From assembly GCA_963728975.1 (NCBI GenBank), contig CAVSMF010000005.1, forward strand, positions 1-64,000: DNA of 64,000 nt, in the 5' to 3' direction. The DNA is from an uncultured Verrucomicrobiae bacterium. GTDB taxonomy: Bacteria; Verrucomicrobiota; Verrucomicrobiia; Chthoniobacterales; UBA10450. Positions 25,449 to 34,928 of the stretch are shown one piece after another (within the stretch, counting starts at the first letter, position 1; each line of letters starts with the position of its first letter). The position numbers and the translations under genes were made by a program. The notes below the pieces were generated by a model. It searched no databases. It was not told the DNA's origin and worked only from the letters and a program-made list of their open reading frames with translations.

Positions 25449-26540
25449 ATGCTGGCGGAGACGGAAATTGTGTCGGGAACGGTTACTCCAAGCAAGCCGC
25501 GTCCCTGGTGGAAGACCCGGCTGTTTCTGTTGATCAGCGTTGGCTTTCATCTTCTGTTCGTGCTCGGAGCTACTTATTTCGTCGTCTCACGCTATTCGGG
25601 CGCGCGAAAATTGACGTTTGCGGCGGGGCCGAAATCTCCTAACCCGGCCGAGCGCGCATTGCAGCATCGCGTTCAACTGCAAGAGCGAACGAAGACGGCG
25701 CCGGCAGCGGTGCCCAAACGTGTGCTGACCAGGGGTGTAGCCAAAATAGAATTGCCGCCCCTGCCTTCTTTGCCCGGGCCCAAGGAAGCGGCCCCGGCGC
25801 CGATGCTGCCGGCGGCAGGAAACGCGATCGGTTTCGGAACCCGCCCGGGAACGATGGGAGCGGTGGGCGGAACCGGGACGGGAGCGGCGATCAATTTTTT
25901 CGGCATCCGCGACGTCAGCAGGAATGTAGTAATCGTGGTCGATATTTCGGACTCGATGTTTGGCCGGACCGGCGACGCGGATTACGATTCGCGGAAGCTT
26001 GTCCGGCACGGCAAGGAACAGAATTTCCAGGTGGTGCGCGACGAAGCGATCAAGCTGATTGAAGGCCTGAATCCGAACACCAATTTCGGCATCATCAGGT
26101 TTTCGGGCGGCGCTTACAGTTGGAAACCGGAGTTGGTCCCGGCCACGGACGAAAACAAGCGAGCGGCGATTGATCACATCCAGAAACAGCTCGATTACCA
26201 TAAAGCGCCGAAGAAACGCGGCCGGCCGGGCGGGACGCGGCATGATTACGCGCTGGAGGCCGCGTTCAAGCTCAAGCCCGAGGGCGGCGTCATTTATCTG
26301 ATTACCGATGGCAACGCTACCGGCGATTCCGTTATTCATCCGGGGCAAAAGATCAGTCCCGAAGACATCTATAAGGTGGCCGAGGATGGAGAGAAAACGT
26401 TGAACAGACCGGCAAAGATCCACACCATTTACTATGTGACTGGGGAGGATCGGCCGGACGAGCGTCAGATGCTGATAAATCTGTCCGGGCGAACCGGCGG
26501 CAAATTCAACCGGGTGGAAGCGAAAGGGCGAAAAGGTTGA
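25449..26540 (+). CDS. von Willebrand factor A domain protein with N-terminal TM
   Basis: VVIVVDISDSMFGRTGD (MIDAS DxSxS). TM helix near the N-terminus. Confidence 0.65.
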   Translation: MLAETEIVSGTVTPSKPRPWWKTRLFLLISVGFHLLFVLGATYFVVSRYSGARKLTFAAGPKSPNPAERALQHRVQLQERTKTAPAAVPKRVLTRGVAKIELPPLPSLPGPKEAAPAPMLPAAGNAIGFGTRPGTMGAVGGTGTGAAINFFGIRDVSRNVVIVVDISDSMFGRTGDADYDSRKLVRHGKEQNFQVVRDEAIKLIEGLNPNTNFGIIRFSGGAYSWKPELVPATDENKRAAIDHIQKQLDYHKAPKKRGRPGGTRHDYALEAAFKLKPEGGVIYLITDGNATGDSVIHPGQKISPEDIYKVAEDGEKTLNRPAKIHTIYYVTGEDRPDERQMLINLSGRTGGKFNRVEAKGRKG

Positions 26541-26607
26541 GGCCCAAGTAGAAGCGGCGTCCTCGCCGCTTTGGGCGCTTGGATCAGCGGCCGGGAGGCC
26601 GCTTCTA

Positions 26608-28086
26608 CTATTGGGCGCGCCGCCAGAAAAAGTAGATCGGGACGCCGGTCAGCACGATCAATATTCCGATACCGGACGTGGCTGGCGCGAGCCAGGCGAG
26701 ATCGATAATCAACAAACCGGAGAGAAAAATGGACACGACCGGGACGAACGGATAACCCCAGGTTCGATATGGCCGATCGGCTGCCGGCGTTTTTTTTCGC
26801 AACACAATGACCGCGGTGACGAGGAGCAAGTAAAAAAGCAGGTCTGCCGAAACGATGTATTCGAGCAACTGGGTATAAACGTTTCCATAACCCATGGCGC
26901 CGGTCGCCGGATTGGTTGTCACTGTCCGGGGTAAAGTCAAACATGCCGTCCAGATTCCTTGCGCGACCAGAGCGGCGGCGGGAACGTGAAAGGCATTGGT
27001 GGTGGCAATGCGCCGAAAAAATAAACGGTCACGCGCCATTGCGTAATAAACACGCGCGCCTGCCAGAATGAGTCCGTTGTTGCATCCGAAGGTTGAAACC
27101 ATAATCGCCGCGGCCATCGCCATCGCGCCAGGATATCCAAAGACGGCCTGTATCATTGCCACCGCGACCCGGTTTTGGGGCGCGTGCTGAAGTCCCGATA
27201 ACGAGAGAACCGCGACGTAAGCGAGATTGGCCAGGACATAAAGGATCACCACGATCCCGCAGCCCCAAAGCAGCGACCGGGCAAGATTTTTTCCCGGTTC
27301 TCGGACTTCACTGCCGACGAAAGTCACGTTAGTCCAGGCGGTTTGGGCGAAGAGCGGACCGACCATCGCTTTGCCGAACAAAAGGGCCAGGGCCAGGCCG
27401 CCCGCAATGGCGAAACCGGGCTGCGCGACTTGCGGGCTCCAGCCATTAGCCCAGGAATCCCACCAGGCCGAGGAACGCGCGGCGCTGGTTGCATTCCATC
27501 CCCAAATAAGACCGACCACAACGACACCCGCCAGGGCCGCGGTCTTGGCCAGGGTAAATGTGTTCTGAACAATCTTGCCGACTTCCAGTCCGCGAGTGTT
27601 GGTCCAGGTAAGCAGCGCCACCAGCGCGATAGCCACCAGTTGTTCGGTGGAAAGGCTGATGGCGTAGTGGCTGCCGATCCCCAGCGGTGGCACCAGATAG
27701 TTATTTGAATTAACCGCGGGAACAAACACGCCGAGAAACTTGGCGAAGGCAATTGCGACGGCGGCGATCGTTCCCGTCTGAATGACGAGGAAAAGGGTCC
27801 ACCCGTAGAGAAAACCGAGCGACGGTCCGTAGGCATTTCTGAGAAAAACATAAACGCCGCCGGCGCGGGGCATCATCGTGGCCAATTCCGAGCAGCAAAG
27901 CGCGCCGGTGATTGTCATTAAGCCGGCAACTGCCCAAGCCAAGAGCAACCAGCCGGGGGCGCCGATCAGACGGGCCGATTCGGCCGAGGTAATGAAGATC
28001 CCGGAACCGATCATCGAGCCCATGACAATCATGGTGGCGTCGAGAAGACCAAGGCCGCGCTGGAGTCCGGTGTTATTGGGGGCCAT
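26608..28086 (-). CDS. APC-family amino acid permease
   Basis: 12-TM profile and an N-terminal GSMIGSGIFI amino-acid-permease motif. ATG at 28086; the tabulated ORF begins at a TTG at 28122. Confidence 0.8.
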   Translation of the reverse strand: MAPNNTGLQRGLGLLDATMIVMGSMIGSGIFITSAESARLIGAPGWLLLAWAVAGLMTITGALCCSELATMMPRAGGVYVFLRNAYGPSLGFLYGWTLFLVIQTGTIAAVAIAFAKFLGVFVPAVNSNNYLVPPLGIGSHYAISLSTEQLVAIALVALLTWTNTRGLEVGKIVQNTFTLAKTAALAGVVVVGLIWGWNATSAARSSAWWDSWANGWSPQVAQPGFAIAGGLALALLFGKAMVGPLFAQTAWTNVTFVGSEVREPGKNLARSLLWGCGIVVILYVLANLAYVAVLSLSGLQHAPQNRVAVAMIQAVFGYPGAMAMAAAIMVSTFGCNNGLILAGARVYYAMARDRLFFRRIATTNAFHVPAAALVAQGIWTACLTLPRTVTTNPATGAMGYGNVYTQLLEYIVSADLLFYLLLVTAVIVLRKKTPAADRPYRTWGYPFVPVVSIFLSGLLIIDLAWLAPATSGIGILIVLTGVPIYFFWRRAQ

Positions 28087-28118
28087 GAGGTGAGGTTGGC
28101 GTGTCGGCGTTGTGGGTC

Positions 28119-28610
28119 TCAATGAGGTAGCGGCGGTTCACCGAACCGCCATCCATCGAGCGCAGTACGGTCCAGCAGATGTGGCCAATCTTCTTCGCTA
28201 CGGACCAATCCGGCCCTGACGGGATTTCCACGGATGTATGCCGCTTTTTCTTCAAGGCTTTCATCATTTCGCAGTCGATGATCGAAAAAATTGCGCTGCC
28301 ATTTGACTCCGGTGAATCGTGATGCGGCTCGTTTGAAATTCTTCACCACGGTTGAGAGTGATACATCTCCACTAATGGAAACGAGCGCGTGCCAGTGATC
28401 GGGCATCAACAGAAACACGACCACGCGCCAGACTTGGCGCCGGTCGTAGATTGCAGCTGTCTCGAAAAGTTTGCGGGCAATGTCGGTGTGACAAAGCTGG
28501 TTATTGTGTCGCTCGATGCAACAGACGGTCAGAAAATATGTGGCCCCAAACCGGCCGTCGAAGTGCGCCCCGTGGTTTAGGGGCTTTCTTGTGAAATGGT
28601 TTCGGGGCAT
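28119..28610 (-). CDS. HUH tyrosine transposase, REP-associated (RAYT / IS200-like Y1 family)
   Basis: HUH motif LMPDHWHALVS; C-terminal FDHRLRNDESLEEKAAYIRGNPVRAGLV with the catalytic Tyr; paralogous to 54206-54679; start codon abuts a 73-bp tandem array. Confidence 0.6.
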   Translation of the reverse strand: MPRNHFTRKPLNHGAHFDGRFGATYFLTVCCIERHNNQLCHTDIARKLFETAAIYDRRQVWRVVVFLLMPDHWHALVSISGDVSLSTVVKNFKRAASRFTGVKWQRNFFDHRLRNDESLEEKAAYIRGNPVRAGLVRSEEDWPHLLDRTALDGWRFGEPPLPH

Positions 28611-29150
28611 CGCTCGTTGATGGCGATTGGGGTCAATCGCCGCTACCTCGGGGGATCATAAGCTTTCGGTAAATTATTTCTCAGCTCGTTGATGGCGATT
28701 GGGGTCAATCGCCGCTACCTCGGGGATCATAAACTTTCGGTAAATTATTTCTCAGCTCGTTGATGGCGATTGGGGTCAATCGCCGCTACCTCGGGGGATC
28801 ATAAGCTTTCGGTAAATTATTTCTCAGCTCGTTGATGGCGATTGGGGTCAATCGCCGCTACCTCGGGGATCATAAGCTTTCGGTAAATTATTTCTCAGCT
28901 CGTTGATGGCGATTGGGGTCAATCGCCGCTACCTCGGGGGATCATAAGCTTTCGGTAAATTATTTCTCAGCTCGTTGGTGGCGATTGGGGTCAATCGCCG
29001 CTACCTCGGGGGATCATAAGCTTTCGGTAAATTATTTCTCAGCTCGTTGATGGCGATTGGGGTCAATCGCCGCTACCTCGGGGGATCATAAGCTTTCGGT
29101 AAATTATTTCTCAGCTCGTTGATGGCGATTGGGGTCAATCGCCGCTACCT
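28611..29150. repeat. tandem array, ~8 copies of a 72-73-bp unit containing the palindrome ggcgattggggtcaatcgcc
   Basis: Units are identical apart from 1-2 nt (gggggatcataagc / ggggatcataaac). There are no unique spacers. Confidence 0.85.
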
Positions 29151-29890
29151 GGGGCGGAGATTTTTACGCCTTCGTTTTCCAGCGCGGAACGCAAGGCGCG
29201 GGCGAATTCCACCGCCTCGGGCGTGTCGCCGTGAATGCAAATTGTTTCCGCCCGAACGTTAACATCGGTTCCGTCAACAGCGCGGACCTTGCCTTCGCGC
29301 AGCATCCGCAAGACCCGCGCGGCTGCTTCTTTAGGATCGTGGAGCAAAGCGTCGGGCCGGGTCCGCGGGACCAGCGAGCCGTTCCCGAGGTAGTTGCGGT
29401 CGGCGAACACTTCCGGCACGATCTTCAGCTTTCGGGGCGCAGCCGCCTGGGCGAGGGCGCTATTGCCGGGAGCGAACAGGAGCAAGGAGGAATCCACCGC
29501 GATCACTCCCCGGACCACGGCATCGGCAAGCTCCCGGTCGCGCACCGCCATATTATATAGAGCACCGTGCGGTTTTACGTGGTTGGGGTGTGCGCCAACC
29601 CCGTCGGCAATGGCCTCGAAAACGCCAACCTGATAGACAATCAGGTCAAAAACCTGTTCCGGAGTCACCGGCAACTCTTTCCGGCCAAAGTTCTCCCGAT
29701 CGTACAGGCTCGGATGCGCGCCAACCGCAACGCCAAAGTGCATTGCTGCCGCAATCGCGTCCCGCATGCTGTTGGCGTCACCGGCGTGAAAACCACAGGC
29801 GATGCTGGCGGAACTAACCAGCCGGAGCAGTTCGGGATCGCTGCCAACGCCCTCGCCAAGATCAGCGTTGAGATCAACGGTGAGATTCAT
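29135..29890 (-). CDS. pxpA: 5-oxoprolinase subunit PxpA (LamB/YcsF family)
   Basis: MNLTVDLNADLGEG...ACGFHAGD is the LamB/YcsF signature. 4-bp overlap with the upstream pxpC. Confidence 0.75.
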   Translation of the reverse strand: MNLTVDLNADLGEGVGSDPELLRLVSSASIACGFHAGDANSMRDAIAAAMHFGVAVGAHPSLYDRENFGRKELPVTPEQVFDLIVYQVGVFEAIADGVGAHPNHVKPHGALYNMAVRDRELADAVVRGVIAVDSSLLLFAPGNSALAQAAAPRKLKIVPEVFADRNYLGNGSLVPRTRPDALLHDPKEAAARVLRMLREGKVRAVDGTDVNVRAETICIHGDTPEAVEFARALRSALENEGVKISAPGSGD

Positions 29891-30873
29891 GCTGCGCGTG
29901 TCTCCAGTCCGACACGAAACAATCCCAGATCGCGTTCCCGACAAAACAAAAGCCGGTGCGCTTCCGCCATTGAGACCTCGGAAAATCGGACCCGGTCCGC
30001 GGCCCGCAGCTGGGCGGCAATCGGGAGATCAACTGTGATTATCTGCGCGATTTTGGGATAACCGCCGATGGTTTGGCAATCGCCCAGAAGAAGGATCGGC
30101 TTTCCCTTTGATGGAACCTGAAGCGTTCCGGGCACAACCGCTTCGGAAATGGAATCGCCAATATCATTGCGCCAGAGCGGCGAACCATCGAGCCGGGCCC
30201 CCATCCGGTTCGAGTCCGGCGACACGGTGAATGCCTGGCCGACCAGGGCATGATGCGCAGTGGGATTGAAACAATTCCAATTCGTGCCGCGAATAAATCG
30301 CAATACCGGTTCCTCTCTTGCAGTCGTTGTCCAATCGGCGGACGCGCTCCACGGGGAAATCCTGCCGTTAGCCAGGAGCTCGGCGATGATCTGGGCGGCG
30401 TTTGTTTCGATGCCGAGCGGTATAACATCGCCATCGCGAAGAGCACGGCCATCGAGCCCGCCGAACTCGGCCCGTAAATCGGTGGAGCGACTTTCCAGAA
30501 CCGGAGCGACATCGATCCCGCCTGAAATGGCGAGCCAGGCGCGGCAGCCGGTCCTGGGCGGATTCACAATCAGTTCTTCACCGGGCTGAATCAGGCCGGC
30601 GCGGCCAGGGGGCAACTGGGTGGTTCCAATGCGCACATCAAATCCGCCGCCGCACCAGGCCACCAACCGTCGATCGTCAAACGCAGATCGGAAACCACCC
30701 AGGGTGATCTCCAAGCCGGCAGCCGTTTCGTTGTTTTCAACCAGAAGATTGGCGACGCGCAATGCATGAAGATCGAGCGCGCCGCCAACAGACACGCCGA
30801 ATCTGCGGAAGCCGTTTCGGCCGAGATCCTGGACCGACGTGAGAAATCCGGCATGCCGGATAGTCAATCGCAT
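29887..30873 (-). CDS. pxpC: 5-oxoprolinase subunit PxpC (KipA / allophanate hydrolase subunit 2-like)
   Basis: Position between pxpB and pxpA. KipA-like sequence. Confidence 0.7.
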   Translation of the reverse strand: MRLTIRHAGFLTSVQDLGRNGFRRFGVSVGGALDLHALRVANLLVENNETAAGLEITLGGFRSAFDDRRLVAWCGGGFDVRIGTTQLPPGRAGLIQPGEELIVNPPRTGCRAWLAISGGIDVAPVLESRSTDLRAEFGGLDGRALRDGDVIPLGIETNAAQIIAELLANGRISPWSASADWTTTAREEPVLRFIRGTNWNCFNPTAHHALVGQAFTVSPDSNRMGARLDGSPLWRNDIGDSISEAVVPGTLQVPSKGKPILLLGDCQTIGGYPKIAQIITVDLPIAAQLRAADRVRFSEVSMAEAHRLLFCRERDLGLFRVGLETRAA

Positions 30874-30905
30874 GGGCTTTGGTGGTTCACCGGGCGGTAT
30901 TCAGT

Positions 30906-31616
30906 TCAACGTTTCCAGGATTCAAATTGTTCCCGGGAAATGGAGTGGAAGCGCACGTAATCGCCCGGGCAGAGAAGCGCCGGCGGATTTTTCTTTGGGT
31001 TAAACAAGCGCATGGGCGTGCGTCCGATAACATTCCAGCCCCCGGGAGACCGCATCGGATAAATGCCGGTTTGACTGCCGCCGATCCCGACCGATCCGGC
31101 GGGCACTTCTTTTCGCGGAACAGGCCGGCGCGGGGTGGCCAATTCGCGGGGCAAACCGCTGAGGTAAGGAAAACCGGGAGTGAACCCAAGACAACTTACT
31201 CGATATACCGCCTGGGTATGCCGGTCGATCACGGCCTGGGGAGAAAGGCCGACGCATCGCGTCACGTCGTCGAGATCCAGGGCAAACTTGTCGTCGTAAC
31301 AGACCGGAATTTCGATCGGACTGGACGTGACGCGCTTCAGCCGAACCTGGCCATTGGCGATGGTGGTCTGGACTAACCCGCCCATCCACTCATAGATGTT
31401 GTTCGGATCCGCTCCGGCCGTCACCGCCTCGGCCGGATCGTAAAAGATGGCAATGGTGGTGTAGGCCGACGCCACTTCGGTGACGGCCGGCAGATTTGCC
31501 CGCCGCAAAAAATCAAAATAACCGAGGACTTCATCCAGAGTTTCATCCGGGGCGTCCTCGAAGTTCTCCCGGACATGAAGAATGAGCGCGGAATCTCCCA
31601 GCGGCGTAATTTCCAT
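30906..31616 (-). CDS. pxpB: 5-oxoprolinase subunit PxpB (KipI / allophanate hydrolase subunit 1-like)
   Basis: First gene of the pxpBCA-type operon. KipI-like sequence. Confidence 0.7.
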   Translation of the reverse strand: MEITPLGDSALILHVRENFEDAPDETLDEVLGYFDFLRRANLPAVTEVASAYTTIAIFYDPAEAVTAGADPNNIYEWMGGLVQTTIANGQVRLKRVTSSPIEIPVCYDDKFALDLDDVTRCVGLSPQAVIDRHTQAVYRVSCLGFTPGFPYLSGLPRELATPRRPVPRKEVPAGSVGIGGSQTGIYPMRSPGGWNVIGRTPMRLFNPKKNPPALLCPGDYVRFHSISREQFESWKR

Positions 31617-31886
31617 CTGGGACCAAAAATAAACACGTAGCCGGCAAAGATGCTAACCTATTCTGCCGGCAAGGAGGGGCAGCTTCCCCCGGCGGGCGAG
31701 CCTGTTTGCCGAAACATTCTTGCGATAAACTGCAGAAGAGGTTTTTGGCAGAATGCCAAAAACAGCGGGCAACATGCCCGCGCTCCCCGGCAAAAGCGGC
31801 GAGGACGCCGCTTCTACTTTTATTCTTGCGCGCTTTCCGGCTGCGGGAAATTGTAGGGCGTCTGTGTCAGACGCCGATCGCACCAA

Positions 31887-34454
31887 ATGACGTTCGCCGC
31901 GGCGGACGCATGGCATTCTCGATGGCGTTTCACAGAAACGCCCTACAAAAGATTTCACCGAAACGCCTACAAGAGATCAAAAAACATTTTGAGAGCCTGG
32001 AAATTCTTTGCCCTGGCGATCGCCCTTGGAATTGCGCTTTGGTTTCTCTCTCCCAGCCGATCCATCGGGCCTAACGAGCCCGGGGTAGTCGAAATTTCCT
32101 ATCTCGGCGAGGCCGGGGTGGAAGCGGCTGCCATGAACGATGCTTTTCGGATCTTCGAGACGGAAAGCCGGGCCGCCCACAGGCGCGATCCTTCCCATCC
32201 GATCTACCGGATCGTCACCGGGCAAAACGCGTCACGAGATCAAACCTCGGATCCGACCCGCTTCCTGGTCAGCGTCGCCGGAGGCAGGCCGCCGGACCTG
32301 ATCCGGTTCGATCGTTATGCGGTAAGCGAATGGGCCGCCAGAGGCGCCTTCGCCAAGCTCGACGATTTCGTCGCCCGCGACGCCTCGAGCAACGATCCGG
32401 CGGCAATTCATCCGGAAAATTTTTACAAGTCGTGCTGGGAAGAAGTCGTCTACGAAGACCCGGTGACGCGGGAGCGCGGCATTTACGCCGTCCCGGCCGA
32501 CGTCGACGATCGAGCGCTTTTTTACAACAAAGATCTGCTCAAGCGCGGGGGATATGTGGATGCGGCGGGTGAAGCGCAACCGCCGCGCACGTGGGCGGAA
32601 CTCGAGGAGATGGCGGTCAAGCTAACCGAACGCGACGCGCGGGGGCGGATCACCCAACTCGGTTTTGCGCCTAACTTCGGCAATGCCTGGCTCTATCTTT
32701 ACAGCTGGATGAACGACGGCGAATTTCTCAGCGCCGACCGGCGGACCTGCACCCTGGATTCACCGCCGGTGGTGCAGGCGCTCCAGTGGATGACGCGCGT
32801 TTACGATCGGGTCGGCGGAGCGGAAGCGGTTTATGCGTTTCAAGGCGGATCGCAAGCCGGCCAGTTAAGCATCGCCCCGGGGGCGCTCGATCTGTTTGTG
32901 CAGGGAAAGGTGGCGATGAAGATCGACGGCTACTGGTGTTTCCCAGAGAGCCTGGCCCAATTCGGCCGCGATTTAGACTACGCCCTGGCGCCGCCGCCGA
33001 TGCCGGCCTCGGCTCTGGCCCAGGGACGACGGCCGATCAGCTGGGTCAGCGGCTGGTGCTACGCCATTCCTTCCACGGCGCCGCACAAGGAGGGCGCCTG
33101 GCAGTTATTGCGCTTCCTGAGCAGCCGGCGGGCAATCGAGATTATCGGCGACAGCGAACGGACCCGGTTGCAAAGCATTGGGCGAGTCTATGTGCCGAAG
33201 CAAAACTCGAATCGAAAAATCAACGAATGGCTGTTCGACAATTACATCGCCAATAATCCCGCGATTCAGCCAAAGATCCGGGACGGGGCCAGGCTGTTGA
33301 ATCATCTCCTCGATGTTTCTCCGATTCGTCCGGTGACGCCGATTGGGCAGCTTCTCTTCAACGAGCAGAGGCGGGCAACCGAGAACGCCATTTTTCACAA
33401 GATGTCGCCCCGGGCCGCGCTGGCGGAAAGCCAACGGGTCGTGCAGCGCCAGCTCGACCGGGTGTTGAGCCCGCCCCGGGGCCCGATTGTTCCCTGGAAA
33501 TATTTCTTGTGGATCTACGCTGGAATTATCGTCATCGCGGCCGGGGCGATCATCGGGTTCGACCGGCAGAAAACCCGGAGCCGTTATTTTCGTTCGGAGC
33601 GGCGCGGGGGCTGGCTGTGCGCGTCCCCCTGGCTGATCGGGTTCATCGTTTTCACCGGCGGGCCGATTCTTTTTTCCATTATCATCAGCTTTTGCGATTA
33701 CGACATTCTCAATCCGGCGCGTTTCGTCGGGCTGGACAATTACCGGTGGATGTTCACGCGCGACGCTCTCTTTTGGAAATCGATCTGGAACACGGCGTTC
33801 ATGATCATCGGCATCCCCCTGGGGATGGCTCTCAGTCTGGGGATCGCCATCCTGCTCAATGTCGAGATCCGCGGGGTGGCGGTGTGGCGCACATTTTTTT
33901 ATCTGCCTTCCATTGTTCCGGTAGTGGCATCGAGTCTTCTCTGGCTCTGGATTCTCAATCCCAATGTCGGGTTGCTAAATCACGTCCTTGGCTCGGTCGG
34001 CCTTCACGGACCAAACTGGCTCCAGGACGAACATTTAAGCAAACCGGCTCTGATTTTGATGGGGCTCTGGAGCGCCGGGGGCGGAATGATCATCTGGCTG
34101 GCCGGACTCAAGGGGATCAGCCCGGCGTATTACGAGGCGGCCGCTCTCGATGGGGCCAACCTCTGGCAACAATTCCGCCACATTACCTTGCCGCTGCTGT
34201 CGCCTTACATCTTTTTCAATCTCATCATGGGACTGATCGCGACGCTCCAAATATTTACCCAGGCTTTCATTATCACGGAGGGCGGCCCGGTCGATTCCAC
34301 CCTTTTCTACGCCTACCATTTGTTCAACAGCGCCTTTCGTTTTCTCCACATGGGTTACGCCTCGGCTCTTGGCTGGTTCCTTTTCCTGGCCGTTTTCGGA
34401 TTGACCCTGCTCCAGCTCCGTTTCTCCAAACACTGGGTCCACTATGAAGAGTAG
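31887..34454 (+). CDS. fused ABC transporter: family-1 extracellular solute-binding domain followed by a permease domain (carbohydrate-type, EAA motif)
   Basis: N-terminal TM plus SBP-like region (~residues 60-540). C-terminal 6-TM permease with EAAALDGANLWQQFRHITLP. Single continuous ORF. Confidence 0.6.
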   Translation: MTFAAADAWHSRWRFTETPYKRFHRNAYKRSKNILRAWKFFALAIALGIALWFLSPSRSIGPNEPGVVEISYLGEAGVEAAAMNDAFRIFETESRAAHRRDPSHPIYRIVTGQNASRDQTSDPTRFLVSVAGGRPPDLIRFDRYAVSEWAARGAFAKLDDFVARDASSNDPAAIHPENFYKSCWEEVVYEDPVTRERGIYAVPADVDDRALFYNKDLLKRGGYVDAAGEAQPPRTWAELEEMAVKLTERDARGRITQLGFAPNFGNAWLYLYSWMNDGEFLSADRRTCTLDSPPVVQALQWMTRVYDRVGGAEAVYAFQGGSQAGQLSIAPGALDLFVQGKVAMKIDGYWCFPESLAQFGRDLDYALAPPPMPASALAQGRRPISWVSGWCYAIPSTAPHKEGAWQLLRFLSSRRAIEIIGDSERTRLQSIGRVYVPKQNSNRKINEWLFDNYIANNPAIQPKIRDGARLLNHLLDVSPIRPVTPIGQLLFNEQRRATENAIFHKMSPRAALAESQRVVQRQLDRVLSPPRGPIVPWKYFLWIYAGIIVIAAGAIIGFDRQKTRSRYFRSERRGGWLCASPWLIGFIVFTGGPILFSIIISFCDYDILNPARFVGLDNYRWMFTRDALFWKSIWNTAFMIIGIPLGMALSLGIAILLNVEIRGVAVWRTFFYLPSIVPVVASSLLWLWILNPNVGLLNHVLGSVGLHGPNWLQDEHLSKPALILMGLWSAGGGMIIWLAGLKGISPAYYEAAALDGANLWQQFRHITLPLLSPYIFFNLIMGLIATLQIFTQAFIITEGGPVDSTLFYAYHLFNSAFRFLHMGYASALGWFLFLAVFGLTLLQLRFSKHWVHYEE

Positions 34455-34505
34455 AAGGAGATTTGTAATTTGCGATTTGCAATTTGTAATTTGGAGGACC
34501 TACCA

Positions 34506-34928
34506 ATGAACGAGGATGAGCTGGTAGACCGGACCAAGCAGTTCGCCTTGCGGATAATTCAAGTGGTCAGGGCGCTCCCCAAGACGCCCGAGGCGCGGGC
34601 CATCGGCGACCAGATGGTACGAAGCGGGCCTTCTGTACATGCCAATTACCGAGCCGCATGCAAGGCGCGCTCGCGCGCAGAGTTCATCGCGAAACTTGGG
34701 ACCGTTGAGGAAGAAGCAGATGAGACGGCGGGTTGGCTCGATTTGCTTGTCGCCAGTCAGATCCTCCCTGAAAAAAAACTACAGTCGCTTTTACAGGAGG
34801 CGCGGGAACTCACTGCGATTTTTGCCGCATCACGCAAGACCGCGTTGCGCAACGAACAATTGCAAATCGCAAATCGCAAATCGCAAATGCGTCGCCCCTC
34901 AGGCAACAACCGGTCCCGGCAGAAATGA
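34506..34928 (+). CDS. four-helix-bundle protein (23S rRNA intervening-sequence protein family)
   Basis: ELVDRTKQFALRIIQVVRALPKTPEARAIGDQMVRSGPSVHANYRAACKARSRAEFIAKLGTVEEEADETAGWLDLL is characteristic of this family. Flanked by inverted repeats. Confidence 0.6.
   Translation: MNEDELVDRTKQFALRIIQVVRALPKTPEARAIGDQMVRSGPSVHANYRAACKARSRAEFIAKLGTVEEEADETAGWLDLLVASQILPEKKLQSLLQEARELTAIFAASRKTALRNEQLQIANRKSQMRRPSGNNRSRQK

Noticed and set aside
28611-29150. Regular ~73-bp repeat array that looks like a CRISPR locus
   Set aside because: The full 72-73-bp unit repeats with only 1-2 nt differences, so there are no unique spacers between repeats. No cas genes are adjacent; an HUH transposase is adjacent instead. 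It is treated as a REP-type tandem array.
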